From an uncultured Veillonellaceae bacterium (GTDB lineage Bacteria; Bacillota; Negativicutes; JARBTT01), in assembly GCA_963805085.1 (NCBI GenBank), contig CAWDTA010000002.1:1152001-1216000 (forward strand): a DNA stretch of 64,000 nucleotides, given 5' to 3'. The position numbers were made by a program, and so were the translations under genes. Below, piece after piece: positions 1 to 9,645 of this stretch. The first letter of the stretch is position 1. The number at the start of each line of letters is the position of its first letter. The notes under the pieces are model-generated. The model saw only the letters and a list, made by a program, of their open reading frames with translations. It did not search any database and had not been told where the DNA came from.

Positions 1-1812
1 ATTTTGTTTATTGCGCCGTTTCAAGAAATAGCCGATATTGCTAAACGCGTTATTTTGGAAATGGAACTATCCATACCCGTTATCGTTGCCAATAATGAAA
101 CAGCCTTGCAGGCAATCGAAGAATTTCCCAACGCATCGGTGCTCATAAGTCGTGGTGGTACAGCGAATGATTTGAAAGTTTTACCGGAAAAGACGATTGT
201 TGAAATCAATACATCGTTTACGGATATATTAATGGTTATAGAAAAAGCTTTGCGCAAAGGATATAAACGAATTGCTATCGTAACGAAGGATAATATTATT
301 GATAATATAGAAACAGATTTTAATTTTCTAGGTACTAAAATACAAATTCGACCGTGTCATAGCGACCTTGACATAAAAAATAGGGTGCAGTCCCTGGGAA
401 AAGATGGGGTTGACTGTATTATCGGCTGTAAACGGGCGGTTGAAGCGGCAAATGCTTGTGGTTTGCACTATGCGTATATTGAATCGGGCGAAATATCGAT
501 ACGCAAAGCGATTAGCGAAGCAAAAAATATCGTTTATTCTAACGGGGTGGCAGAGCTTCAGTTGGAGCGGATGAATGCAGTCATTAATAATATACAAGAA
601 GGCGTTGTGATTCTTGATCGTGAACAAAAACCGATATTTTCTAATAAAATTGCCAACGAAATATTAAGTGGTGAAAGTGAGTACGACTGGCGGAATAATA
701 TACTAAAGAAGATGGCCGGATTTGACAAGGAGAAAATTGTTGAAATCGAGGGCAATCGAATTTTGTTAAAAAGTATCCCGCTAGAGGTTTATAACCAATA
801 CAAAAATGATGTGTGGATTTTTGAGGAAATAAGCCGTATAGAAAAAGCAGAAAGAAAAATAAGGTTATCTATGTATAACAAAGGTTTCTATGCAAAGTGG
901 CATTTTGAGGATATTATAACAGCTTCGCCAGTGATGAAACATGTTGTGATGACAGCCCAAAAATTTGCGCTGGCGAATTCTAACATCTTGATTTATGGTG
1001 ATACAGGAACAGGTAAAGAAGGCTTGGCTCAAAGCATACACAATGCAAGCGCCCGAGCGAAACAGCCGTTTATATCGGTGAATTGCGCATCGTTGCCACC
1101 TAGCTTGATTGAAAGCGAATTATTTGGCTATGCAGAAGGTGCTTTTACAGGGGCTCGTAAATCAGGGAAGCGTGGACTTTTTGAGCTGGCACATAAGGGG
1201 ACTATTTTTCTTGATGAAATTGGTGAAATGCCATTGGATGTGCAGAGTCGATTGCTGCGTGTATTACAAGAACGCGAAATCATGCGTATTGGTGATGATA
1301 GAATTATGCCGCTAGATATTCGTGTTATTTGTGCAACGAATAAAGATTTATTAAAATTATCTCAAACTGGAAAATTTCGTTTTGATCTGTACTACAGGAT
1401 TAATGTGCTGAAACTGCAATTACCTTCGCTAAAAAAACGGCGTGAAGATATTCTGCCGATTTTTTATCATTATTTAAAAAAGTACCATACAGATCGAAGT
1501 AATATTCCACAATTGGATGCGAAAAGTGAAAAGCGTTTACTGGACTATAGTTGGCCGGGAAATATTCGAGAATTAAAAAATATAGCAGAAGTCTTGGCTT
1601 TTGAGAGTGGAAATATTGATGCGGCGCAGGTGGCAGAAATTTTAGCGCCGAGTGCTGAGGGGCAGCAAGAAGGAATTTACGTATCGACAGATCTTTCTTT
1701 AAAAGAAATAGAGCGAGAAATCATCCAGCATTTATTAAAAAAGCATACAGCAGAAGAAGTTTGTGCAAAAATGGGAATAAGTCGTGTGACTTTGTGGAGA
1801 AAAACAAAATAG
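1..1812 (+). CDS. Sigma-54-dependent activator, PrpR-like (PrpR_N, PAS, AAA+, Fis HTH); 5' end probably outside the window
   Basis: GDTGTGKE Walker A, ESELFG..GAFTGA, FLDEIGEM, WPGNIREL, C-terminal GISRVTLWRK HTH. Confidence 0.93.
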   Translation: MLFIAPFQEIADIAKRVILEMELSIPVIVANNETALQAIEEFPNASVLISRGGTANDLKVLPEKTIVEINTSFTDILMVIEKALRKGYKRIAIVTKDNIIDNIETDFNFLGTKIQIRPCHSDLDIKNRVQSLGKDGVDCIIGCKRAVEAANACGLHYAYIESGEISIRKAISEAKNIVYSNGVAELQLERMNAVINNIQEGVVILDREQKPIFSNKIANEILSGESEYDWRNNILKKMAGFDKEKIVEIEGNRILLKSIPLEVYNQYKNDVWIFEEISRIEKAERKIRLSMYNKGFYAKWHFEDIITASPVMKHVVMTAQKFALANSNILIYGDTGTGKEGLAQSIHNASARAKQPFISVNCASLPPSLIESELFGYAEGAFTGARKSGKRGLFELAHKGTIFLDEIGEMPLDVQSRLLRVLQEREIMRIGDDRIMPLDIRVICATNKDLLKLSQTGKFRFDLYYRINVLKLQLPSLKKRREDILPIFYHYLKKYHTDRSNIPQLDAKSEKRLLDYSWPGNIRELKNIAEVLAFESGNIDAAQVAEILAPSAEGQQEGIYVSTDLSLKEIEREIIQHLLKKHTAEEVCAKMGISRVTLWRKTK

Positions 1813-1813
1813 C

Positions 1814-1847
1814 TTCAAAAATGAAATATATGAATTTCATTTTTGAA
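1814..1847. promoter_or_regulatory. Candidate upstream activator sequence for the PrpR-like activator
   Basis: Perfect 14-bp inverted repeat TTCAAAAATGAAAT-N6-ATTTCATTTTTGAA; each arm is itself a TTCA-N4-TGAA palindrome; about 150 bp upstream of a -24/-12 promoter. Confidence 0.6.
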
Positions 1848-1991
1848 ATCGTGAATTTAAATTGTGAGAAAAATCTAAATATAATCATTGCAATAAATAA
1901 CCGTTTAAAAATTTTTTAAACGGTTTTTTATCTTGAATTACGTGGGTTCGAAAAGGATATATTCAGAAAATAATGACTATAGCGCAAAACT

Positions 1992-2006
1992 TGGCACTAT
2001 TATTGC
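1992..2006 (+). promoter_or_regulatory. Sigma-54 -24/-12 promoter
   Basis: TGGCAC-TATTA-TTGC, canonical spacing, downstream of a bEBP gene. Confidence 0.9.
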
Positions 2007-2206
2007 GTTAGTTTATGGTGTGATAATTTTAGAAGATGAAATCTAAAGATATAAATGATTTCATAAGTGTTATAAATAGATTTGCGTAATTGATTGAAAA
2101 CATAGAATATTTGTTTATTTCCCAATATACTGTGTTTTAAGGTGCGGACAGATTTATGCGTAAGTTTTATCACAATAAAGTGTAAAAAAAGAGAGGTCTT
2201 GTCAAA

Positions 2207-3235
2207 ATGAAAAGCATAGTAATCAACAATCCAGGTAACGTAGAAATCCGTGAAGTAAAAAAACCAGTACCGCAAGAAGGGGAAGCACTACTCAAACTCT
2301 TATATGGCGGAATTTGTGGCAGTGATCTGGGGACATACCGAGGTACTTTTGCGTATGCTTCTTATCCGAGAGTTCCTGGACATGAATTTTCGGCAGAGAT
2401 CATTGAAATAGGAACGAATAGTCAGGGGCTTAAACCAGGGATGATTGTAACCTGTAATCCGTATTTTAACTGTGGAACATGTTATTCTTGTGAACGTGGA
2501 CTGTTAAATTGCTGTACAAGCAATGAAACGCTAGGTGCACAACGAGATGGGGCTTTCTCAGAATATATAACGATGCCGATTGAACGTATCTATGATGGCA
2601 AAGGTCTTCCGGCTAAAACGCTGGCATTGATTGAACCATTTTGTATAAGTTATCATGGTGTCAGCCGGGCCAGTGTGCAAAAAGGAGATAAAGTTTTGGT
2701 GATAGGTGCTGGTACGATTGGTGTGTTGGCGGCTGTTTCGGCTAAAGCATTGGGGGCACAGGTTTATATCGCCGATGTAGCAAAAGGTAAAATAGAGTAT
2801 GCGATAAACACTTTCGGATTGGAAGGTGGTATCTTAAACGATACTGCAGAGAATTTTGCAAAAAAAATAGATGACTGCACGTCTGGCAAAGGGTTTGATG
2901 TTACGATTGAAGCGGTGGGTTTACCGTCAACCTTCCAAAACTGTATTGATGCCGTAGCTTTCGGCGGGAAAGTGATACAAATTGGTGTTGGTAAGAAAAA
3001 TCATGATTTTGATTTCACGTTGTTGCAGAAAAAAGAATTGAATGTTTTTGGTTCGAGAAATGCGTTAAAAAAAGACTTTCTGGAATTAATTGATTTGGTA
3101 AAAAGCGGAAAAGTTGATTTAGAAAAAATCATTACGAATACTTATAAAATGGAAGATGCAGCAAAAGCTTTTGAAGATTTTGATAAAAATGCTGCCTCCA
3201 TGTTAAAAGTTGTCTTGGAATTTCAATCGAACTAA
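2207..3235 (+). CDS. Zn-dependent MDR dehydrogenase, L-galactonate 5-dehydrogenase (LgoD/YjjN)-like
   Basis: GICGSD, GHEFS, CxxCxxC structural Zn site, GAGTIG, KELNVFGSRNA; operon with uxaB/uxaA. Confidence 0.8.
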   Translation: MKSIVINNPGNVEIREVKKPVPQEGEALLKLLYGGICGSDLGTYRGTFAYASYPRVPGHEFSAEIIEIGTNSQGLKPGMIVTCNPYFNCGTCYSCERGLLNCCTSNETLGAQRDGAFSEYITMPIERIYDGKGLPAKTLALIEPFCISYHGVSRASVQKGDKVLVIGAGTIGVLAAVSAKALGAQVYIADVAKGKIEYAINTFGLEGGILNDTAENFAKKIDDCTSGKGFDVTIEAVGLPSTFQNCIDAVAFGGKVIQIGVGKKNHDFDFTLLQKKELNVFGSRNALKKDFLELIDLVKSGKVDLEKIITNTYKMEDAAKAFEDFDKNAASMLKVVLEFQSN

Positions 3236-3282
3236 ATAATTTTACGAACTTATATAGAGTATTTTTTAAGGAGTGATGTCAA

Positions 3283-4566
3283 ATGGAACTTGCAAGAACA
3301 CAAAAAATGACAAAAGCTAGGTATGTTGTTGCTATATTTATGTTAGGGGCAATTGCGATAAATTATTTAGATCGTACAGTCATGTCTGCGGCCGCGCCGA
3401 CAATGATGAAAGAATTGAATCTGAGTTCGACTGAGATGGGCTGGGTCATGTCGATGTTTTTCTTAAGCTATGCTTTATTTCAAATTCCATCGGGGTGGCT
3501 CGCGGATCGTGTTGGACAGAGACTGTGTTTGGCGGTAGCAGTTGTTTGGTGGTCTGTGGCAACGGCTGCAACGGCTGGGGTGAAAACGGTAAGCGGACTG
3601 ATTGGTGCGAGATTGTTCATGGGTATGGGGGAAGCCGGGGTATATCCCTGTAATGCCGGTATTACGGCCAAGTGGTTTCCCGATAACGAGCGCGGAAAAG
3701 TAACGGCGTTGTTTGACAGCGGCAGTAGATTCGGGACGGCCTTTGCGATGCCTTTAGTTGCTTGGATGGTAACTGTGTATGGCTGGCAATTTCCTTTCAT
3801 TGCTTGCGGCGCTTTGGGGCTTGTTTGGACAGTTGCATGGCTAGCATATTATAATGACCCAGAACGGCATAAATTTATCAATGAACTTGAACTTAGATAT
3901 ATCCGTGATAACCAAGTGAAAAAAGAAGGTATTGATAAAACACAACCAATGAAATGGCATGAGTTATTAAAGTACCGTAATGTAAAAGCGATGTGTCTTG
4001 GGTTTTTCTGCTTAAATTATGCAGTTTATTTTTTCATTACGTGGTTCCCGACTTATCTAGTCAATGATCGTGGTATGCAGTTGACGACAATGGGCTGGAT
4101 GGCGATGTTGCCGCCTTTATGTGGTATCGTGAGTCAATGGTTTGGCGGTTGGTTTACTGATTACACTTATCAAAAAACCGGCAATTTAACAAAAGCCAGA
4201 AAAACAAACCTCGTAATTGGGATGCTTTTTGCGACTTCGGTTACGTTTGCAGGTCTCGTTGAATCCAATACCCTAGCGATGATTTTATTATGTGTTTCTT
4301 ATGCTGGATTGGCCTTTGCTGGAGCCGCATTATGGTCGTTGCCAGGTGATGTTGCACCGCGCAATATGACTTCGGTTTTGGGTGGAATTCAAAATTGTGC
4401 TTCAAATATAGGTGGTTTCCTTGGCCCGATTATTACTGGATATCTCATCAGTAGCAGCGGGAATTTTGGTACAGCGCTCGTTGTTTCCGGTGTAGCTTGC
4501 CTTGTCGGAGCCTTGACGTATGCATTTTATTTGACTGAATTAAAAGCAATTGAAGTAGAATCGTGA
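3283..4566 (+). CDS. MFS transporter, anion:cation symporter family (sugar-acid permease)
   Basis: INYLDR, GWLADRVG, WFPDNERG, TWFPTYL motifs; about 12 TM segments. Confidence 0.9.
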   Translation: MELARTQKMTKARYVVAIFMLGAIAINYLDRTVMSAAAPTMMKELNLSSTEMGWVMSMFFLSYALFQIPSGWLADRVGQRLCLAVAVVWWSVATAATAGVKTVSGLIGARLFMGMGEAGVYPCNAGITAKWFPDNERGKVTALFDSGSRFGTAFAMPLVAWMVTVYGWQFPFIACGALGLVWTVAWLAYYNDPERHKFINELELRYIRDNQVKKEGIDKTQPMKWHELLKYRNVKAMCLGFFCLNYAVYFFITWFPTYLVNDRGMQLTTMGWMAMLPPLCGIVSQWFGGWFTDYTYQKTGNLTKARKTNLVIGMLFATSVTFAGLVESNTLAMILLCVSYAGLAFAGAALWSLPGDVAPRNMTSVLGGIQNCASNIGGFLGPIITGYLISSSGNFGTALVVSGVACLVGALTYAFYLTELKAIEVES

Positions 4567-4614
4567 TTATAGAGGAGTACTTCTTATTAAGAAGCAAAGA
4601 ATAGAGGTTGAGCT

Positions 4615-7596
4615 ATGAAAAAGTTAGATTTGTCATACGATATGAATTTGCGCAGCGATTTGCCAGAAAGAATCATTCAATTCGGTGAAGGGAATTTCCT
4701 GCGGGGCTTTATCGATTGGATGGTTCATCAGTTAAACAAAAAAGGTCTTTTTAATGGGCGAATTGTAGCCGTGCAACCAACACCGCATGGACGAGTAGTC
4801 GGCAAGCTGAATGCGCAAAACGGCCTCTATACAACTATTTTGCAAGGTTTAAAAGATGGTCAGATTGTCGATGAAAGGGAGATTATAACCTCGGTCAGCC
4901 GAGGTATAAATCCATATGAAGATTGGCAGGCTTGTTTAAAGTGTGCGGAAGATCCAGCGATTGAATATGTTTTTTCCAATACAACAGAAGCTGGGCTTAC
5001 CTATAATTCTGAAGATAAAGCCGATATGATGCCGCCGCTTTCCTATCCGGGAAAACTGACGCTTTATTTATATCATCGTTATATGTTCTTTCATGGCGCG
5101 GCAGATAAAGGGATGATCATCGTTCCTTGTGAATTGCTAGATGATAATGGAATTGTTTTAAAGAACCTCGTGCTTCAATACTGTAAGGATTGGGAGCTGC
5201 CAATTGAGTTCAAGCAGTGGATTGAAGCAAGTAATTTGTTTTTGAATACATTGGTGGATCGTGTAGTCAGTGGCTATCCAAAAGCTGCTGCTGATAAATT
5301 TGCCACTGAACTTGGCTATGAAGATCAGCTCATGGTTTGCGGCGAATTGTTTCACTTTTTCGCCATTGAAGGTGATGCTTCGATTGAAGAAAAACTTCCT
5401 TTTCGTCAAATTGGTCTAAATGTTATGATTGCAAGAGACATTACTCCATATCGTAAGCGCAAAGTCAGAATCTTGAATGGGGCACATACATCGAGTGTCC
5501 CGGCAACTTTTTTAGAAGGACTGGATACAGTCGGTGCGATGATGGCAGATAAAATAGCTGGAAAGTTTGTTCGGCAGACGGTATATGAGGAAATTATGCC
5601 ATCCATTGATTTAGATCAAAGCATGCTCGGCGAATTTGCGAATGATGTTATGGAACGTTTCCAAAATCCGTTTATCGAGCATTATCTACTCAGTATTCTC
5701 CTCAATTCATCTTCTAAATTTCAGGCACGGGTTATGCCGTCTATTGAAGAATATAACAACAAATTTGGCAATTTGCCGCAAAGATTATTGTTTTCATTTG
5801 CCGCCTATATATATTTATACAAAAACGATAGCGGCAGCGGCAATACCGTCAAAGGGCAGCGTGGCAATGATGCATATGAAATAACCGATGATGCGGCAGC
5901 AGTAATGGCGATGCGTGAGGCTTGGCAGCTGTATGATGGCACGCTTACGCAGGCAATCAAAGTCTCTCAAGCAGTGCTACAAAATAAAACGTTATGGAAA
6001 AAAGATCTAAGCGCTAGCAAAGAAATGACAGAAAAAATTGGTGCATTCTTGTTTGAAATTGATCAGCAGGGGGCGGCTTCGGTGATGCAGCGACTCTGTG
6101 AAACGCAAACAACCGACGCCTTGCGAATTCATGCGGAGGATAACGTAGCGGTAGCTTTACGTGATTTACCAGAAGGACATGAAGTTAAGATTGAAGATCA
6201 CTATATAACCTTACAAGAAGTTATTGCGCGTGGACATAAATTCGCCTTGGAAAAGATCGTGGCAGAGGAAGATGTTATAAAATATGGTTCTCCCATTGGT
6301 CGCAGTAAAATGGATATAGAAAAAGGCAGTTGGGTACATACCCATAACATTGCTACGAAACTCGATGAAAAAATGGAATATCGGTATGAGCCAGTGGCTT
6401 TACCAGTTTTGCCAAAACAAGAGCGGTTTTTTCAGGGGTATCGGCGCAGTTCGGGCAAGGTTGGAATTCGAAATGAAGTGTGGATTATTCCAACGGTCAG
6501 TTGTGTGAATCGTACAGCGCAGCTTTTGGCACAGGCAGGTCAAAAAATAATCGATCAATATGATCATGTCGATGCTTGCTCGGCATTGACGCATCCTTAC
6601 GGATGTTCGCAAATGGGTGACGATCAGGATACTACGCAGCAGATATTGGCCGACTTTGTGAATCATCCCAATGCCGGTGCTGTACTCATAGTAGGCCTTG
6701 GCTGTGAAAATAACAATGTTGAAGCATTCAAAAAAGTATTGGGCGAATATGACGATAACAGGGTGAAATTTATTGTTGCACAGGAGGAAGAAGATGAATT
6801 TGCAGCCGCTGAAAAACTGCTGAAAGATTTACTCTCTTATGCGGAGCAAAACAGGCGGACTCCTTGTCCATTCGATGAATTGGTGGTTGGTCTCAAATGC
6901 GGCGGATCGGATGGTTTGTCTGGAATTACGGCGAATCCGCTGATTGGAGCTTTTTCCGATATTCTTGTTGGCAGTGGTGGTACGGCAGTGTTGACGGAGG
7001 TTCCAGAAATGTTTGGCGCAGAAACACTGTTGATGAATCGGGCGCAAGATGAGCAGGTTTTCAATAAAATGGTGGGTCTAATCAATCATTTTAAAGGCTA
7101 TTTTGAAAGCCATCACCAAACGGTATATGAAAATCCTTCTCCCGGTAATAAAAAAGGTGGTATTTCGACACTAGAAGATAAATCGCTGGGCTGTGTGCAA
7201 AAAGGCGGCAGAGCTTCTGTGGTAGATGTGATGAAGTATGGAGAATGTGCTACGAAAAAAGGTTTGCAGGTTTTACAGGCACCGGGAAATGATGCTGTGT
7301 CTACGACAGCCCTTGCGGCGGCTGGCTGTCAACTGATTCTTTTTTCTACTGGGCGTGGAACGCCATGGGGAACCGCTGTGCCAACGGTGAAGATTTCTAC
7401 CAATACTGCTTTGTTTGAACATAAACGAAATTGGATTGATTTTAATGCAAGCAGTTTAGTTAATGAGAAAGAACTGAACACCTTGCGCGATGAATTGGCG
7501 GACTATATCATAGCCGTTGCTTCTGGACAAAAAGTCAAAGCAGAAGAAATGGGCTTTCAGGAAATTGCTATTTGGAAAAGCGGCGTAACGATGTAA
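4615..7596 (+). CDS. uxaB-uxaA: Fused tagaturonate reductase (UxaB) and altronate dehydratase (UxaA)
   Basis: N-half QFGEGNFLRGF, SNTTEAG, KVRILNGAHT; C-half SAF domain DNVAVAL..GHKFAL, GLKCGGSD, ENPSPGNKKGG, IWKSGVTM. Confidence 0.92.
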   Translation: MKKLDLSYDMNLRSDLPERIIQFGEGNFLRGFIDWMVHQLNKKGLFNGRIVAVQPTPHGRVVGKLNAQNGLYTTILQGLKDGQIVDEREIITSVSRGINPYEDWQACLKCAEDPAIEYVFSNTTEAGLTYNSEDKADMMPPLSYPGKLTLYLYHRYMFFHGAADKGMIIVPCELLDDNGIVLKNLVLQYCKDWELPIEFKQWIEASNLFLNTLVDRVVSGYPKAAADKFATELGYEDQLMVCGELFHFFAIEGDASIEEKLPFRQIGLNVMIARDITPYRKRKVRILNGAHTSSVPATFLEGLDTVGAMMADKIAGKFVRQTVYEEIMPSIDLDQSMLGEFANDVMERFQNPFIEHYLLSILLNSSSKFQARVMPSIEEYNNKFGNLPQRLLFSFAAYIYLYKNDSGSGNTVKGQRGNDAYEITDDAAAVMAMREAWQLYDGTLTQAIKVSQAVLQNKTLWKKDLSASKEMTEKIGAFLFEIDQQGAASVMQRLCETQTTDALRIHAEDNVAVALRDLPEGHEVKIEDHYITLQEVIARGHKFALEKIVAEEDVIKYGSPIGRSKMDIEKGSWVHTHNIATKLDEKMEYRYEPVALPVLPKQERFFQGYRRSSGKVGIRNEVWIIPTVSCVNRTAQLLAQAGQKIIDQYDHVDACSALTHPYGCSQMGDDQDTTQQILADFVNHPNAGAVLIVGLGCENNNVEAFKKVLGEYDDNRVKFIVAQEEEDEFAAAEKLLKDLLSYAEQNRRTPCPFDELVVGLKCGGSDGLSGITANPLIGAFSDILVGSGGTAVLTEVPEMFGAETLLMNRAQDEQVFNKMVGLINHFKGYFESHHQTVYENPSPGNKKGGISTLEDKSLGCVQKGGRASVVDVMKYGECATKKGLQVLQAPGNDAVSTTALAAAGCQLILFSTGRGTPWGTAVPTVKISTNTALFEHKRNWIDFNASSLVNEKELNTLRDELADYIIAVASGQKVKAEEMGFQEIAIWKSGVTM

Positions 7597-7622
7597 GGCG
7601 AAGAGGTAGATTTTTTATATGA

Positions 7623-7678
7623 AAAGAGCTGCTGCATAAGTAGATGAAAATCATACTTATGCAGCAGCTCTTTCTTTT
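7623..7678. terminator. Bidirectional intrinsic terminator
   Basis: 20-bp perfect stem AAAGAGCTGCTGCATAAGTA / TACTTATGCAGCAGCTCTTT between convergent genes. Confidence 0.85.
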
Positions 7679-7801
7679 GAATTTGCAAAAATGTATTTGT
7701 CATTAACCTTGCTACATCAGACCATCCCTTGCGTATGCTGACGTATTCTCCAGCAACAATGGAACAATAAAACAAGCAATCGTTAATTCATATTCTTTAG
7801 T

Positions 7802-8446
7802 TCATTGTCTGCGCCCAGAAACATCATTTTTCATTTGAGACAGTATCCGCTTCATTGGCAGTGTACGTAAAATGATTAGGCAGACAGTCAATTCGGGTAC
7901 GAGATAGGTCGCATTGAATACAAAGGAATACCAATAGGGTGACGTTCCAACTGGTGCATAGCTGGCAAAGAAAACAGATCCAGATATAAAATGACAAATA
8001 AATCGACCACAAATGCCGACAATAGCTCCCAAGAAAATTCGATCTTTAAAATAGCCTGCCAAGCCAATCGCCATATAGGGCAAAGGATAATCAAAGAGCA
8101 CTTGGAAAGGATGCAAGATAAAAGGATCTTGGATTAAATTAATCAATCCATAGGAAAAGCCTGACAGATATCCGACGGCAGGTCCATAACGAAAAGCAAT
8201 CAATAAAAGAGGAATCATTCCTCCTAAAGTTACACTACCACCTTGTGGCATATGATACAGGCGGAAAGTATGCAGGATCACGGTTAAAGCAAGCATCAGA
8301 CCAATATGAACGATCATGCGCGTATTTAGTTTGACTTTTTTTATGTACATAAAAGCTAGAAGGAGGGCCACCAATCCTACTAGAGTAAAAACACTAGCTG
8401 GTTGCTCTAAAATCATTGTTACTTTACTATAAAAAGTTTCTTCCAT
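7802..8446 (-). CDS. thiT: ECF S-component thiamine transporter ThiT
   Basis: MPQGGSVTLG, QVLFDYPLPY, RFICHFISG..FFASYAP; TPP riboswitch upstream; ATG at 8446 with GGAG RBS. Confidence 0.92.
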   Translation of the reverse strand: MEETFYSKVTMILEQPASVFTLVGLVALLLAFMYIKKVKLNTRMIVHIGLMLALTVILHTFRLYHMPQGGSVTLGGMIPLLLIAFRYGPAVGYLSGFSYGLINLIQDPFILHPFQVLFDYPLPYMAIGLAGYFKDRIFLGAIVGICGRFICHFISGSVFFASYAPVGTSPYWYSFVFNATYLVPELTVCLIILRTLPMKRILSQMKNDVSGRRQ

Positions 8447-8487
8447 ACTACTCAACTCCATTTTGTTTTTTATTACTGGGTATAAGC

Positions 8488-8535
8488 AAAAATAAAGCAC
8501 CACATTCTCATCCCAGGAATGCGGTGCTCTTTATT
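8488..8535 (-). terminator. Riboswitch expression-platform terminator
   Basis: Minus strand AGCACCGCATTC...GAATGTGGTGCT followed by a T tract, between the aptamer and thiT. Confidence 0.8.
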
Positions 8536-8540
8536 GAATC

Positions 8541-8622
8541 GCTTCCCTACGCTGGCATTATCCAGACAGGTAAAGGGTAATGGAATTTATTCCATTTCTC
8601 AGCCGATTTGGCACCCCTAGCA
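8541..8622 (-). ncRNA. TPP riboswitch
   Basis: Minus strand CTAGGGGTGCC..GGCTGAGA..ACCCTTTACCTGTCTGGATAATGCCAGCGTAGGGAAG matches the THI element. Confidence 0.95.
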
Positions 8623-8682
8623 TATTTTATATTTCGTATTGTATCTATTTTACTACTTAATACTTATCAATTGCAATTTAAA

Positions 8683-9417
8683 CTACTCGTTATTTAAACT
8701 TTTTTCATCCCAGCACAAATAAATGCCTAACCAACCGGATTCTATAGCAACCGTAATCTCCGTCCCCGATTGATCAGGACGATTGCTCACAGCATAGGGT
8801 AAGGTATCGTAGAGTTCAACATCCGTTAACGGCCAGTGAACACCATCGATACATACACCGGAACATTGGGGTGACAAAGGAAGTAAGGAAACTACTTCTG
8901 GACGAGTCGTTGTTTCTATGCATACAGAATCTTTACCTTCTAACAGAATAAGTACTTCCTTTTCATCGGCAGCGCAACAGCCTCGTACCCCCCAATTTTC
9001 GCAGTCCTTTAATGAATAAATGTTGCTGAAAGTATGGTCAAAACGTCCGCCCCACACGCCGGTTACAATAATCATAGCTTGTTTATGCACGAATCCTACT
9101 GTTTGTAATGCCAGTTGTAAATCGGTCAAGTTCTTTTCCGGCGGGTAAACTTCGACAGGAATCCCCAATCGATTTCCCCAAGCCCATCCTTCAGAGGTAG
9201 CACTATCACCATCGCCAATAAGTCGCTCAGGGATAACATTACTCGCGTAACAAATATCGATTCCACTATCTACACACCAAACTGGAAACTGAGTAGCAGC
9301 CTTAGTCAGCCATTTTGACCCAGGTTTCCTTCCTCCAGCAACGACTAAAACTTGTGAATCTGGTAGTTCTCTTTCAAAGGAACAGCGTAATTGTGGTAGT
9401 ATCAAAAGGTTATTCAT
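8683..9417 (-). CDS. thiN: Thiamine diphosphokinase
   Basis: VDSG, IGDGDS, EKNLTDLQLAL, GGRFDHTFSNI, AVSN. Confidence 0.9.
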   Translation of the reverse strand: MNNLLILPQLRCSFERELPDSQVLVVAGGRKPGSKWLTKAATQFPVWCVDSGIDICYASNVIPERLIGDGDSATSEGWAWGNRLGIPVEVYPPEKNLTDLQLALQTVGFVHKQAMIIVTGVWGGRFDHTFSNIYSLKDCENWGVRGCCAADEKEVLILLEGKDSVCIETTTRPEVVSLLPLSPQCSGVCIDGVHWPLTDVELYDTLPYAVSNRPDQSGTEITVAIESGWLGIYLCWDEKSLNNE

Positions 9418-9575
9418 TCCATCAATCTCCCGAATTTTTGTCCATAAATCCTTGCAGCAATCGTATCATAGAATACTCTTTAACGCAAACTGCAACTGGT
9501 TTTCTCAGCTGTTGCAAAACTATTACAGCCAGATAAAAACGACCGTAAAGATCTAAAGCTCATTTAAAAAAATCC

Positions 9576-9606
9576 TTGACATGGGAATGTTCCCACAAAT
9601 TAAGAT
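9576..9606 (+). promoter_or_regulatory. Promoter with LacI-type operator
   Basis: TTGACA (9576-81) directly followed by palindrome TGGGAA-TG-TTCCCA (9582-95); a LacI gene closes the cluster; the -10 box (TAAGAT) has long spacing and is uncertain. Confidence 0.7.
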
Positions 9607-9645
9607 GATGTTATCTTAAAAATATAAATTGGGAGGTAAAAATGT

